Notes: a model not told the origin generated them from the sequence alone. 64,000 nucleotides of DNA from Candidatus Moraniibacteriota bacterium (GCA_046116545.1 CP175956.1:1558-65557), one strand, 5' to 3'. Positions 1 to 9,630 are shown, counted from the stretch's first letter. Translations and numbers: made by a program.

Positions 1-1965
1 GCATAGGTTTCCTGAGGTTGTCCATACGTTATTAAACGTATTATTTGTTGTATCTGCTTGTGGAAATTGTATTACACTGAAACCTAGACCTTTTGTTGTT
101 GGAGCGTTCCAATTTTCTGTTACTTTTGTTGATTCATTGAATTGTGTTAGGTCTGGTATTTCATCTGTATTATTTGAATGTACTAGAGTTGTATTTGATA
201 TTCCATTATCATTTATGATTGATAGGTAATAACCTTGGGTATCATTTGTTGTTACTATACAAGTTGATTGTCCTACTGCTGGAGTTCCTGCTGTTACTAG
301 ACCTGGGTTTGATGTTGTTCCTAGTATTACATCGTAATCTCCTGTTACTCCATCTTTATCGTAACAATCCATTGATAGAGTTGCATTTACTTCTACATTT
401 AGGTTTAGGTCATCTAATCCTGATATTGTTCCATCTCCGTTTACTATGTAAGTTGTTGCGTGGTCTGTTGTGAATGTACATATTCCGTTTGTTACTGTAC
501 ATGTTGTATGTAGAGCTTCTGAACCTTCTGCAGCGCCTTCTTCTCTTGAAAGTACATCCAATATCATTCCATTGTAAGCTTCGCTTACAGTTATTTCCAT
601 TGTTATATCATTAGTAAAGTCTAATGATATTCCTGGTACACCTATTCTTACTGCTCCTACTGCATTTGGTAGATTTACTTGTTCACTTGTTAATGTATTT
701 TCTGTTACAAAGCTTGAGAAATCAAAGTTTTGATTTGTTTGTTCTGTTATTACTGTATTATCTGGGAATATTGCATCTGTTGTGTTTGATTGGAAGGTTA
801 CTTGTACTTGGGTTGTTGTTTGGGTTGTATTATCTATTGTTCCGTTGTCTACTGTTATGTAACCATTATCTACTGATTGTTGCATTTCTGAATTATTTGG
901 ATCTAGGATGACTACCTCTGTAGGTAAAGTTGTAAAATTTGTTTCACTTCCATAACTTGTACCTGCTGAGTTTATCGCTTTTGCTCTCACATAATATGTT
1001 GTATCTGAAATAAGCGAAGTCATGTCACAAGAGTATGTTCCTATTCCTCCCGTTCCTGCCGTACATTCTTGGGTATATGTATTACTAGTTGTTCCCCATT
1101 CTATTAATCTTTCTGGGTTTTCCCCGCCTGTATTTGTTACATTTCCGTTTCCCATTGCTTGAGTTGTTGTTATTGATGTTGTTGCACTTGAATTTATTGA
1201 TGAAATTTGTGCATCATTCTTTATACATCGTATTGACATACCATCAGCTTTAGGATAATCACTACGCCCGACTGTAGTACGTCCTACATCCAAATAACGA
1301 TTCCAAGCATTAGTCCCAGAAACTTCAGATGCAACCCAAAAATTTGCATTACCCCCCCGACTAACAAATGTACCATTTGTTAATCGAACTCCTGCCATCA
1401 AACCTGTAAATCCACTGGAATTATTTCCATTTGACGTAAATAATGATAATTTTGAACCTTGGTCTGTTCCACGATAGCTAGTTGAATCTGCTTGCAGTTG
1501 TGTCATTCCTAAAGCAATTTCCATTGTTTTATATTCTGTATCAGTAGGAATATGCCAATCCGTTGGACAAATTCCTTGATTTTCATCAGGAACAATACAT
1601 GTTACAGTATTACATGAACTTGATAATGCATTTGCCTCTGCCCAAGTATACAATCCACCCTCAACATCACATGAAGAAGCATCATAACACCATTTTTGAA
1701 CTGAACTTGGATCATTAAGGACTGGTATAGGATCAGATGGCATTGTTGAACCATTTGCCAGAATTACACCAACATCAAGATTTTCTTTAAACCAACATTG
1801 TGTACCAATTTGGATAGTTTGATAATTATCACCTCCATAAAATACTGTGTCTGTACCACATTCAAATGCCTGCACATCATTCATTGTCCCAAAAAAAATA
1901 AAAAGTCCAGTTACTATTAAAATACCCAAACCTGCCTCTTTTTTTGAAATGCTATTTTTTTTCAT
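1..1965 (-). CDS. Large secreted surface protein with an N-terminal FISUMP-like domain. It is partial: the C-terminus runs off the window start.
   Basis: ATG at 1965. Translation gives a signal peptide MKKNSISKKEAGLGILIVTGLFIFFGT, then CGTDTVFYGGDNYQTIQIGTQCWFKENL (the Fibrobacter-succinogenes-paralogous-domain signature QxWxxENL), then Thr/Asn/Gly-rich beta-rich sequence. The 3' ~900 nt are ~90% identical to 35238-36135. Confidence 0.6.
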   Translation of the reverse strand, partial: MKKNSISKKEAGLGILIVTGLFIFFGTMNDVQAFECGTDTVFYGGDNYQTIQIGTQCWFKENLDVGVILANGSTMPSDPIPVLNDPSSVQKWCYDASSCDVEGGLYTWAEANALSSSCNTVTCIVPDENQGICPTDWHIPTDTEYKTMEIALGMTQLQADSTSYRGTDQGSKLSLFTSNGNNSSGFTGLMAGVRLTNGTFVSRGGNANFWVASEVSGTNAWNRYLDVGRTTVGRSDYPKADGMSIRCIKNDAQISSINSSATTSITTTQAMGNGNVTNTGGENPERLIEWGTTSNTYTQECTAGTGGIGTYSCDMTSLISDTTYYVRAKAINSAGTSYGSETNFTTLPTEVVILDPNNSEMQQSVDNGYITVDNGTIDNTTQTTTQVQVTFQSNTTDAIFPDNTVITEQTNQNFDFSSFVTENTLTSEQVNLPNAVGAVRIGVPGISLDFTNDITMEITVSEAYNGMILDVLSREEGAAEGSEALHTTCTVTNGICTFTTDHATTYIVNGDGTISGLDDLNLNVEVNATLSMDCYDKDGVTGDYDVILGTTSNPGLVTAGTPAVGQSTCIVTTNDTQGYYLSIINDNGISNTTLVHSNNTDEIPDLTQFNESTKVTENWNAPTTKGLGFSVIQFPQADTTNNTFNNVWTTSGNLC

Positions 1966-2103
1966 ATTTATATTTTAGCTTTTTGTTTTATAGATTTAAT
2001 TATATCATGAAAACCATTTTATGTTTAATTTTTGTTTAATAAATTTAAAAAATAATATCATTGTAAGATGTTATTTTCATAGGCTCTAACTATGTCTAGC
2101 AAA

Positions 2104-2130
2104 CTCCGCATCGTGGATGACATTAGAACC
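2104..2130. repeat. 27-bp direct repeat copy 1 (CTCCGCATCGTGGATGAYATTAGAACC)
   Basis: Identical bar one mismatch to 3303-3329. The two copies flank the ICMT-like two-gene module. Confidence 0.7.
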
Positions 2131-2300
2131 TCTTATCAAGCAAACTAAAAACCGTCCCTCAATATATTACTGATAAGACGGCTCCTTTGAAAATTTGCTC
2201 CGAATTTTGGTTAACATTAGGATTAGTCATCTAGAAACAGAAAACCCACCTAGTAGCACAGATGTGTTCTCTGTTTTCTACTGGTGGGCATTATTTAAAA

Positions 2301-2798
2301 TCAGACAACAAATGGAATCCATCTGGCCCTAACTTTTTTGAAGTATACTCTAGCTTCATCACCATGCATTTCCACCAAGTTCTTTTCTTGATAGAGACTT
2401 ATCTTGACTAAAATGAACATTAGAACAAGATAAAGCAGTTGTTGCTTTATTAGTCCAAAACTAAAAAAACCAGCTTTTACATATGGCAATACTTGGACTA
2501 CCTCATGAATATAAGCACTTATAGCCATAATGATTAGACCTCCATAGTAAGGATGTCGCACCAATTTAAATGGTCCTCCAGTCCATACGCCATCTGCTTT
2601 GTCACTGGAACCCTTCCAACCTTTCAAAAAAGTATAGTATATCTGTCCATTTAACGCTAAAGTGACCCCAAATAAGAATATACCCCACTCAATTAAAGAA
2701 AAGTTTTTCCTGTAAGCAAGGCTAATCGCATAAATATAAATGAATTGCATTACAACCGTCCAAAACCAAGTGAAAATTTGTGCTTGTTTTTTTGTCAT
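2301..2798 (-). CDS. Isoprenylcysteine carboxyl methyltransferase (ICMT)/phospholipid methyltransferase family membrane protein
   Basis: 165 aa and multi-TM. Motifs GPFKLVRHPYYGG and C-terminal E..L...G.EARVYFKKVRARWIPFV match the ICMT/PEMT family signature. Confidence 0.65.
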   Translation of the reverse strand: MTKKQAQIFTWFWTVVMQFIYIYAISLAYRKNFSLIEWGIFLFGVTLALNGQIYYTFLKGWKGSSDKADGVWTGGPFKLVRHPYYGGLIIMAISAYIHEVVQVLPYVKAGFFSFGLIKQQLLYLVLMFILVKISLYQEKNLVEMHGDEARVYFKKVRARWIPFVV

Positions 2799-2848
2799 TG
2801 GCTATTACCCCTTTTACAATTGTTCAGTTAAAAAAATTTTATATTTAA

Positions 2849-3082
2849 TTATTGAGTTACTTTCCTGGCAAATTCGAGAATGAAAAAATCAAGAATTTCT
2901 TCCTTATCACCATCAAACCGACACTTCAGCCCAGGAAAAAGAATATCACCATTAACTTTACTCGGATAGAAACTTTTTTCAATAACCTCAAATTGAACAG
3001 TAACCTGTTCACCTTTCTTATTCTGTCCATCCAATTCCAATACTTCTCCAACCTTAATTTCATCAATTTTCATTGCGATCAC
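2849..3082 (-). CDS. Hypothetical small protein, co-oriented and probably co-transcribed with the ICMT-like gene
   Basis: 77-aa ORF located 50 nt upstream of 2798. It sits downstream of a cassette-type promoter with a TATAAT at ~3150. Confidence 0.4.
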   Translation of the reverse strand: MIAMKIDEIKVGEVLELDGQNKKGEQVTVQFEVIEKSFYPSKVNGDILFPGLKCRFDGDKEEILDFFILEFARKVTQ

Positions 3083-3302
3083 CTTATTGTTTTTTCTAAT
3101 AATTTACTCAAAGAGTGATTGTCATATTTCAATAGCTGACATTAAACGCTCTTCAATTGTTAAAGAATATTATACATTTGAGATTTTTCTCAACATCATA
3201 ATATAACATATTACCCATACTTTGTCCATCGGTTCGAATATGCCAAAATTTCCGACTTGGGGTAAAGGGAAAAATCCCCATTTAAAGGGATTTTTTAAGT
3301 TG

Positions 3303-3329
3303 CTCCGCATCGTGGATGATATTAGAACC
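3303..3329. repeat. 27-bp direct repeat copy 2
   Basis: See copy 1. Confidence 0.7.
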
Positions 3330-3394
3330 AATATTTCAAAATCTTTATAAAAAACACCCCAGTATACGTAATACGTATACTGGGGTGGGTTGAA

Positions 3395-5212
3395 TTATTC
3401 TTTAGATTTTTTCATGATTTCAGATTTTTGTTCAGGCGTCATATCTTGCCACTCGGCATCAGCATTTTGACCTTCACGTTTTACAGATGCTTCTGAGCGT
3501 GCTTCTTCAACACGTTCTTCGACACCAATTTGTGCGTCAGTCTTTTGCAAATCTATCTCCAAATTATCAAAAGATGAAATATCCACAACGGAATTTCCAC
3601 CATCATCAAATGATAGCTTCACATTATCATTTGGCTGTGTAATAACAACCTCAGCTGATAAGCCAATACTGGCAGCAAATAACTTATTTTCTTGACCTTC
3701 CACAAAAAAGTAATAGGTCACGCCTGATTTAGTTGGTTCTTGTGCAATGCGTAACACTTTTCCTGTAATAGAATATTGCGTAATACTCACTCCAGGTGCA
3801 ATTGCGTTACCCTTACTTAGTAATGCACGACGATAATTACGCTGTGCTTCACGAGCAGTTGCAGCGACGCCAACAATATTATAATTTTCTACAGATACAA
3901 ATGCCGAGGCCTTTACAAGGCCAGCATCATCCTTGAGCGTCATGAAATATGTTGGACGTCCACCAATATTGTACAGAATTGGAAATGTGGCATGATAGCC
4001 TTTTTCTTGAACTTCTCCTTCAGCAGAGCCTTTCGCAGCTGTTTCAGTTGCTCCTGCCTGACGATACATCTTAGCTTTTTTTGTACGCGTATTAACAAGT
4101 ACAAAACCAACAGTTCCTTCATCAGCGCCATCAGATTGCATTCCTGTATACCAATACGAATGTCCATCATCTCCATAGACCAAAGACATTCCTTTTGTTG
4201 CGTTGAGTACATCTTGATTGGCAAATAATGAATTCCACCAACCATGTACATATTCACCCCAATCATCAAGCTGAGATGTTATAAAACTTTCAGGCTGAAT
4301 ACGATCTACCCAATCAGGTGCGTTTTCAATTGAAAATGATTTAATATCACCTGTTTGAACATCTAGTAAAACAATGCCTGTTGCATTATTTCCACAATAA
4401 CCGACTGCTTTTTCATATGTGGTCACCACATAAAATGGGCGGCCTTCATCGTTAATTTCAAAAGTCCAATCGGTCAAACCAATAGTTGAGTAGCCTCTGT
4501 TATAAATATAACGATGTGGATCGTCACTCCAAAATGCACCTTTGTTATACCGCAATTGGAGCTTCTTCCCATCAATTTTTTGAACCAACTTTACATCATT
4601 CTCATTAGTAGCTGATACTATCACGTAACCAGGCGTACCTGATTTGTGTGAAAACCAACGAAAAAACTTCGAGTGATTAAGTGGTCCAACCCAATACAAT
4701 TGACCTTTAACAGTTTGAATGGACATCTTGCCAATTTCAACACGGCTACCAAGCCCCATATCTTCACCAAGACGCTTATCTGCAAGCTTGACAGCCATAG
4801 CATGATCAACTCTACGAACATGCGACGTATCCACAGGAGCTGTATCCGTAGAGAATACACCTTGTTCAATTGTTCCAATGAGATTACGATACTCATCAGA
4901 ATGAAATCCTGCAAATGATGTGACAAATGGAAGAATAATCAAACCGCCAATTAAACTAAGTGTGCAGATACCTACACCCATACCTAATGCTGTTTTTTGT
5001 CGACCTTCCTCAGTAACCTGAGAAGTGGCTGCAATAAGTCCTCCATTCAAAACCGCAATCCACAACAAATCAACAAAACCAAAAGCAATTACGGGTAATT
5101 GCACCCAAATTACAAATACATTTAAACCAAATAAAACAATACTTGGCCATATTTTACGTGATGCAAAATATGACAAAGCGCCAAAAACTAATCCAAAAAC
5201 TAATCCAGTCAT
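3395..5212 (-). CDS. Hypothetical membrane-anchored protein (about 4 N-terminal TM helices plus a large Trp-rich extracytoplasmic domain)
   Basis: 605-aa ORF with an own promoter (TTGACA-17-TATTAT at ~5290-5320 on the minus strand) and a strong palindromic terminator at 3357-3385. Its GC is visibly higher than the neighbouring genes. Confidence 0.5.
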   Translation of the reverse strand: MTGLVFGLVFGALSYFASRKIWPSIVLFGLNVFVIWVQLPVIAFGFVDLLWIAVLNGGLIAATSQVTEEGRQKTALGMGVGICTLSLIGGLIILPFVTSFAGFHSDEYRNLIGTIEQGVFSTDTAPVDTSHVRRVDHAMAVKLADKRLGEDMGLGSRVEIGKMSIQTVKGQLYWVGPLNHSKFFRWFSHKSGTPGYVIVSATNENDVKLVQKIDGKKLQLRYNKGAFWSDDPHRYIYNRGYSTIGLTDWTFEINDEGRPFYVVTTYEKAVGYCGNNATGIVLLDVQTGDIKSFSIENAPDWVDRIQPESFITSQLDDWGEYVHGWWNSLFANQDVLNATKGMSLVYGDDGHSYWYTGMQSDGADEGTVGFVLVNTRTKKAKMYRQAGATETAAKGSAEGEVQEKGYHATFPILYNIGGRPTYFMTLKDDAGLVKASAFVSVENYNIVGVAATAREAQRNYRRALLSKGNAIAPGVSITQYSITGKVLRIAQEPTKSGVTYYFFVEGQENKLFAASIGLSAEVVITQPNDNVKLSFDDGGNSVVDISSFDNLEIDLQKTDAQIGVEERVEEARSEASVKREGQNADAEWQDMTPEQKSEIMKKSKE

Positions 5213-5396
5213 GTTTTTCTCCTATTGTAAAAGAATAATTAAATACATCATTACACAAATTGCATGATGATTGAGAATTGTCCCAACGATAAATAATAGC
5301 ACATATTATGCACTATGTCAATCGGTTCAAATGTCATAAAATTTCTAATGTCAAAATAACAGAAAACCCACCAAAGTAGATTTTCTACTGGTGGGT

Positions 5397-5897
5397 TTAT
5401 TTTTTCTTTAAGTAAAATACATCATCACATATTGATGCATCCTGTTTTTGACTAAATCCACAATTCACAAGAACATTTTTACTTCGAACATTCTTCTGAG
5501 ATGTGATGGCATAAATCAGTTGGATTTCCGTTTCATCAAAAACATATTTTATCAATCTATTTACAGATTGTTTAATATATCCTTGCCCTTGATGTCGTTG
5601 ACCAAGCCAATATCCCAGTTCAACAGACAGCTTGTCCTTGTTATTTGGTGTAATATTTATTCCTCCTACAAAAATACTTCCTTCCCAAATGCCCAATCGC
5701 AACCTTTCTGGATTATAAGGCTGAACAATACTCCTGCGAACAGTGTCTGCTGCAGGATACTTATCAGCTGTGATATCACCATATTGACTAAGATGAGCTC
5801 TGCTATCATCTATCAATTGAAATATAACATCAGCATCTTCTGCAATATATTGCTTTAATATGATTCTTGAACCAACTTCAAGAATAACTCTATTCAT
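5397..5897 (-). CDS. GNAT family N-acetyltransferase (RimJ/RimL-like)
   Basis: 166 aa. Motifs RLRLGIWEGSIFVGGINI, LGYWLGQRHQGQGY and NVRSKNVLVNCGF fit the GNAT fold motifs A/B. Confidence 0.65.
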   Translation of the reverse strand: MNRVILEVGSRIILKQYIAEDADVIFQLIDDSRAHLSQYGDITADKYPAADTVRRSIVQPYNPERLRLGIWEGSIFVGGINITPNNKDKLSVELGYWLGQRHQGQGYIKQSVNRLIKYVFDETEIQLIYAITSQKNVRSKNVLVNCGFSQKQDASICDDVFYLKKK

Positions 5898-5925
5898 TGT
5901 GTCACCTCTTTTTCACTAAGGACAT

Positions 5926-6252
5926 CTAAATATTCTTTTGTAAGGGAATATTTTGATAAAAACCAGGATCTCCAGTGTGATCCAACAGTGCCTGCACATA
6001 TTGCTCAGCATATTTATCAACAAGATCATCCCAACTGAATTCTTCAATGACGTAATTATTATCTAATTCTTTCTCCCTAAAATATTGAGCTTTTTTCTCA
6101 TTGGAAAAAATCAAAAGAGATCCATCTCCAGTTGCTACTGTTGCCGTTATCTCTGAATTAGAAATAACACAACAAGGATTAGGATGCGATATAGAAACCT
6201 TTACTTTATCTGTATCAACTAGAAGTCCTGGTCCAACCTGTTTAAAACTCAT
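5926..6252 (-). CDS. Hypothetical protein (cassette gene)
   Basis: 108-aa ORF preceded by the conserved cassette promoter and by an RBS AGGAG. Confidence 0.45.
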   Translation of the reverse strand: MSFKQVGPGLLVDTDKVKVSISHPNPCCVISNSEITATVATGDGSLLIFSNEKKAQYFREKELDNNYVIEEFSWDDLVDKYAEQYVQALLDHTGDPGFYQNIPLQKNI

Positions 6253-6385
6253 TATTATACTCCTCTTGTTAAAGAATGTTTATATATATTTGAGACCTTT
6301 CTCAACACAATAATATAACATATTATCCATACTTTGTCCATTGATTCGAATATGTCAAAATTTCTAGTTTGGAGTAAAATAAAAA

Positions 6386-6418
6386 CCACCACTCAGTCAT
6401 TTGACCAAGGGTGGCATT
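6386..6418 (-). terminator. Repeated terminator hairpin family A (GCCACC-loop-GGTGGC plus U-tract), copy 1
   Basis: A 33-nt exact repeat, CCACCACTCAGTCATTTGACCAAGGGTGGCATT, also at 7952-7984. On the minus strand it is followed by TTTTTATTTT. Confidence 0.55.
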
Positions 6419-6441
6419 TTATACTTTCGATACTTTTTATT

Positions 6442-6873
6442 CTAAGCGTGTTCCTTGAACCCCACTTTACCAATCGCATTTCCAGCAACGGCTTCATCAT
6501 CTTCCTGAGTAAGATTACTGACGCCAATACCGCCAAGGAGATGTCCCTCTTCATCATAAATAGGCACACCTCCTGCCCATGGAACAATACGTTCTATAGC
6601 AATCCCAAGAATTGCAGGAGTGATTTCACCTTCACTGAGCTGGTCTCTAGTCACACTAGTTGGTTTTCCAATCCAAGCGGCTTGCTTAGCTTTCATGCAG
6701 GCTACGTTAGTGGTAAAAAGTCTAACGCCATCCATTACGGACTTGGCAATTTCTGTACCATCACGATTCACGATGACTACTGATGCAACCTTGAACTGGG
6801 TCTTTAATGTTTGTATAGCTGCTGCCATAATCTCTTCTGCTTCATCCGAGGTTAATGAATAAATCTGTCCCAT
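6442..6873 (-). CDS. GlcG/HbpS-like (DUF336) heme-binding family protein
   Basis: 143 aa. Pattern ...AAAIQTLK...GKPTSV...GGVPIYDEEGHLLGGIGVSN..EDDEAVA is typical of the GlcG/DUF336 family. Confidence 0.55.
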   Translation of the reverse strand: MGQIYSLTSDEAEEIMAAAIQTLKTQFKVASVVIVNRDGTEIAKSVMDGVRLFTTNVACMKAKQAAWIGKPTSVTRDQLSEGEITPAILGIAIERIVPWAGGVPIYDEEGHLLGGIGVSNLTQEDDEAVAGNAIGKVGFKEHA

Positions 6874-6890
6874 TTACTTTCTCCTTTAAG

Positions 6891-7145
6891 TTATTGTTGA
6901 GATATTGTTTTTGCCAATTCAGCTAAAATTCTCAATTGATTCACATCTGATCCAAGTGCATTTGCAAACACTTCTTCAATTTCTTCATCTTGCATAATGC
7001 GTTCGGTGCTACCGCCATTGATAAATCCGTTTTGATCAGCTTCCATTTTGGCTCTATCAAGAATTCTAGCTTTAATTACCGGACTCAATGAGTTGCCCAT
7101 TCCTTTATTAGAAATGAACTGCTCTATATTTTTTAAACAATACAT
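6891..7145 (-). CDS. Hypothetical protein (operonic with the GlcG-like gene)
   Basis: 84-aa ORF with its stop only 18 nt upstream of the next start and no intervening cassette. Confidence 0.4.
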   Translation of the reverse strand: MYCLKNIEQFISNKGMGNSLSPVIKARILDRAKMEADQNGFINGGSTERIMQDEEIEEVFANALGSDVNQLRILAELAKTISQQ

Positions 7146-7187
7146 TATCCTATCCCTATAGCTAAGTTATTTTTAAATCAACTAAAA

Positions 7188-7454
7188 TTATTGCTTTAGC
7201 TGAAAAAGACCCTCAACAAATTCAGTGGGAATATCTGTGTATGATTCTGGAAGCTTTTCAGCCTGAAACAAAAGTTCCATTAAGCTCAGCAAGGCATGAT
7301 AAGGTCCCTCTGCACTGCGAAAAATATGTGGATGTTCAACGAGATGATACCTATCCATTTCATTAAAAATAGCAATCTCCCTTGTTGTAACAAAAGTCTC
7401 GCCATCAATCTCAAGTTCATAACCTGGATCTACTTTTTCAGATTTACTTCTCAT
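7188..7454 (-). CDS. Hypothetical protein
   Basis: 88-aa ORF in the cassette array. Confidence 0.4.
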   Translation of the reverse strand: MRSKSEKVDPGYELEIDGETFVTTREIAIFNEMDRYHLVEHPHIFRSAEGPYHALLSLMELLFQAEKLPESYTDIPTEFVEGLFQLKQ

Positions 7455-7494
7455 AATTATCTCTCCATAATTGATTTTAATATAATTAAACTAA

Positions 7495-7818
7495 TTATAT
7501 TTGAGTTTCACGCCACTCTATAACATAATCTTCTGGTTCATCCAAATGATGACGAACTATAATTCCCTTATCACCACTTCGCAAACAAAGCTGAGCTCCT
7601 CGTTGTATTTCAAATGATTTTTCATCATCAGGTGCTTCGTGACATGTAATTGACCCATCAATATGAACACGACAGCTTCCACTTCCCATTTCCCCTAAAT
7701 ACGGACCTTCCACCTCTTCAGATTTATTTGATTGAATTTCTACATCATTACCATAACCGATAGCGGTATCATAACAGAAAGCAATAATTGAAAAAGTAGC
7801 ATTATTGGTAACTTTCAT
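7495..7818 (-). CDS. Hypothetical protein
   Basis: 107-aa ORF preceded by a cassette promoter copy (7860-7950). Confidence 0.4.
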   Translation of the reverse strand: MKVTNNATFSIIAFCYDTAIGYGNDVEIQSNKSEEVEGPYLGEMGSGSCRVHIDGSITCHEAPDDEKSFEIQRGAQLCLRSGDKGIIVRHHLDEPEDYVIEWRETQI

Positions 7819-7951
7819 CTTTTATTCTCCTTTTGTTAAAGAATGTTATTAAAAAAATAATAATTTTCTCAATATACAAATATAGCGTATTTTTTATGTT
7901 TTGTCCATCGGTTCGAATATCACAAAATTTTCGGTTCAAGCTAAAAGAAAG

Positions 7952-7984
7952 CCACCACTCAGTCATTTGACCAAGGGTGGCATT
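7952..7984 (-). terminator. Repeated terminator hairpin family A, copy 2
   Basis: Exact copy of 6386-6418. Confidence 0.55.
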
Positions 7985-8022
7985 ATTACATACAAAAGGT
8001 TTCTTGCTATTGCAATAACTCT

Positions 8023-8400
8023 TCAGGCAGTACCTGTTCTTTCGTCCAAAATAGCAAAAGCTATTGGATATGATTCACGCAGATCTTCAAGGCATTCCAA
8101 CACCTGAGCATTATTCTCATGATCCACATCATTCATCACCTCTTTAATAGAAACAAAAGCACGAACAACAGGATCTAAATCACTTGTATTGTGAGTCTCT
8201 TCTGGTAACACTGCCAACAATACTTCCATGCTAATAAGCGTAGACATAATTACCTTACCGTTCTCTGCAAGATAATCCACTCCTGTTGCAAGAGTATCAC
8301 TATCCATGCCCATATCTTCTGCATAGTCAAAAAAACTATCAATAGCATCAGATAAACTAAGCCCCTTAGAAAGCTTTTCAAATTCTTCCCATTTATTCAC
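8023..8400 (-). CDS. Hypothetical acidic protein
   Basis: 125-aa ORF followed by a terminator hairpin copy (7952-7984). Confidence 0.4.
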   Translation of the reverse strand: MNKWEEFEKLSKGLSLSDAIDSFFDYAEDMGMDSDTLATGVDYLAENGKVIMSTLISMEVLLAVLPEETHNTSDLDPVVRAFVSIKEVMNDVDHENNAQVLECLEDLRESYPIAFAILDERTGTA

Positions 8401-8412
8401 TATAAATTCTCC

Positions 8413-8766
8413 TTATATTTGCCCAAGGGCAGTTGTCGGAATAGGTAAAATCCATACAAATCCTTTGATATCTTGAGCATGCTCACCAAGAGATCTTTGA
8501 ATACCCTGTAGAATAACATTTTTTCTTCCTTCAAGACTTTGAGTTCTGCCTTCAGTAGCTTCAACAATAATCATAATCTGCAAATCACGAGGATTTACAT
8601 CATCGTCAGAGACTTCATCAACATTGACAACTATATTTTTCTTATCAACTTTATAGCTGTCGGTAGACATAGCTGGAGCTACAATCTCTGGAAGTACCTG
8701 AGCAAGACTTCTCACAATTTCATTCATTTGACCATCATTTTTGTACCTTACTTGAACAATCGGCAT
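8413..8766 (-). CDS. Tautomerase-superfamily protein (tandem 4-OT-like beta-alpha-beta units with catalytic Pro1)
   Basis: The start was re-set to the ATG at 8766, preceded by GGAGGAGG. The protein starts MPIVQVRY. Its second half, LQIMIIVEATEGRTQSLEGRKNVILQGIQRSLGEHAQDIKGFVWIL, resembles 4-oxalocrotonate tautomerase ([32 protein letters not shown]...). Confidence 0.45.
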   Translation of the reverse strand: MPIVQVRYKNDGQMNEIVRSLAQVLPEIVAPAMSTDSYKVDKKNIVVNVDEVSDDDVNPRDLQIMIIVEATEGRTQSLEGRKNVILQGIQRSLGEHAQDIKGFVWILPIPTTALGQI

Positions 8767-8767
8767 T

Positions 8768-9112
8768 TCAACCTCCTCCATGGTGATATATTGCATTACG
8801 TCGTCCATACATTGCCATTACAGGAATTGGAAATACCTCATTAAAAGGATGATCCGCTATTTCCAATATTTCGATAATATCGTTACACATACTTTCAAGT
8901 CCTGGTCTATCAAATGTCACAAAGGACTTAGAGTACAAACGAGCCATTACATGCTCTTTAGTATCAGTTGTTTCATCTGTGATAAATGTAACTGTAGTAC
9001 TGTCCTCAGAAGTGTTCAGCTTCTTTGCAAAATATTTTTTCAGTTGTTCACGAATTACAGCTTTCATGTCAGCTTCCTCAATAGTCAATCCTGAAATATC
9101 AACGATTGGCAT
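8768..9112 (-). CDS. Tautomerase-superfamily paralogue
   Basis: The start was re-set to the ATG at 9112 (AAGGAG 8 nt upstream); the tracked start at 9118 is a TTG. The protein starts MPIVDISGLTIEEADMKAVIREQLKKYFAKKL, a 4-OT-like N-terminus with Pro1. The promoter is TTGACA-17-TATATT at 9183-9211. Confidence 0.45.
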   Translation of the reverse strand: MPIVDISGLTIEEADMKAVIREQLKKYFAKKLNTSEDSTTVTFITDETTDTKEHVMARLYSKSFVTFDRPGLESMCNDIIEILEIADHPFNEVFPIPVMAMYGRRNAIYHHGGG

Positions 9113-9294
9113 ATTCAATGCTCCTTTTAAATGTTTTTATTGACTCAAAAAATGAGCATTTATTAAAAAACTACGACGCTTAAATATACTAAAAAAGCAC
9201 TATTTTGTCAATCTAATAAAGATGTGCTAAAAACAAAAAGCCCCAATGTAAGCAGACTTCTTGTCTTTTCTTACATTGGAGCTGATACTATATA

Positions 9295-9630
9295 TCAAGT
9301 TGTGGATATTGGATTAGGGATTCTCCATTCCAATGAGCAAACCATATCATCCTCACCACAAACAGTAAAAAAACTTTGATTACCTTCATCAAGTAACTTT
9401 TCAGCAAATGGCCTGATGGGCTCCACGTCAATGAAAATATAATGATCTGTTTCAACATCACCGATAAGACTATTTCCGCCACCAGGTTTCTCACCATAAG
9501 CACCCTCAATAACTCTTCCATCCCAAATTGTCACACTTACAACTACCGGGCCAGCATCACTTGGGTCAATACAACCAGCACCCATAATATCCAGTAACTG
9601 TCCCATATTTTCTACTTTGTATGTTTTCAT
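9295..9630 (-). CDS. Hypothetical protein (operonic with the 9658-10125 gene)
   Basis: 111-aa ORF starting 28 nt after the upstream stop. Confidence 0.4.
   Translation of the reverse strand: MKTYKVENMGQLLDIMGAGCIDPSDAGPVVVSVTIWDGRVIEGAYGEKPGGGNSLIGDVETDHYIFIDVEPIRPFAEKLLDEGNQSFFTVCGEDDMVCSLEWRIPNPISTT

Noticed and set aside
219-911. Plus-strand Leu-rich ORFs (219-473, 624-911, and likewise 35338-35718, 35719-35949, 36029-36307, 36677-37144)
   Set aside because: They are low-complexity antisense shadows of the Thr/Asn/Gly-rich surface protein genes on the minus strand; they have no RBS and a biased LLLL composition.
3221-3245. GGTTCGAAT motif in the cassette promoters considered as tRNA T-arm remnants (tRNA-fragment att sites)
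   Set aside because: The flanking bases cannot form a T-stem and no acceptor or anticodon arms are present. The motif overlaps the -35 region of the cassette promoter instead.
3940-4269. Internal ORFs (3940-4269 minus, 3992-4228 plus, 4621-4926, 4673-4918, 5025-5267) inside the 3395-5212 gene
   Set aside because: They are alternative-frame or antisense ORFs nested in a longer, well-supported ORF.
8768-9118. Tracked start at 9118 for the tautomerase-like gene
   Set aside because: The codon at 9116-9118 is TTG. An ATG with a proper AAGGAG RBS is at 9112 and gives the Pro1 N-terminus expected for the family.
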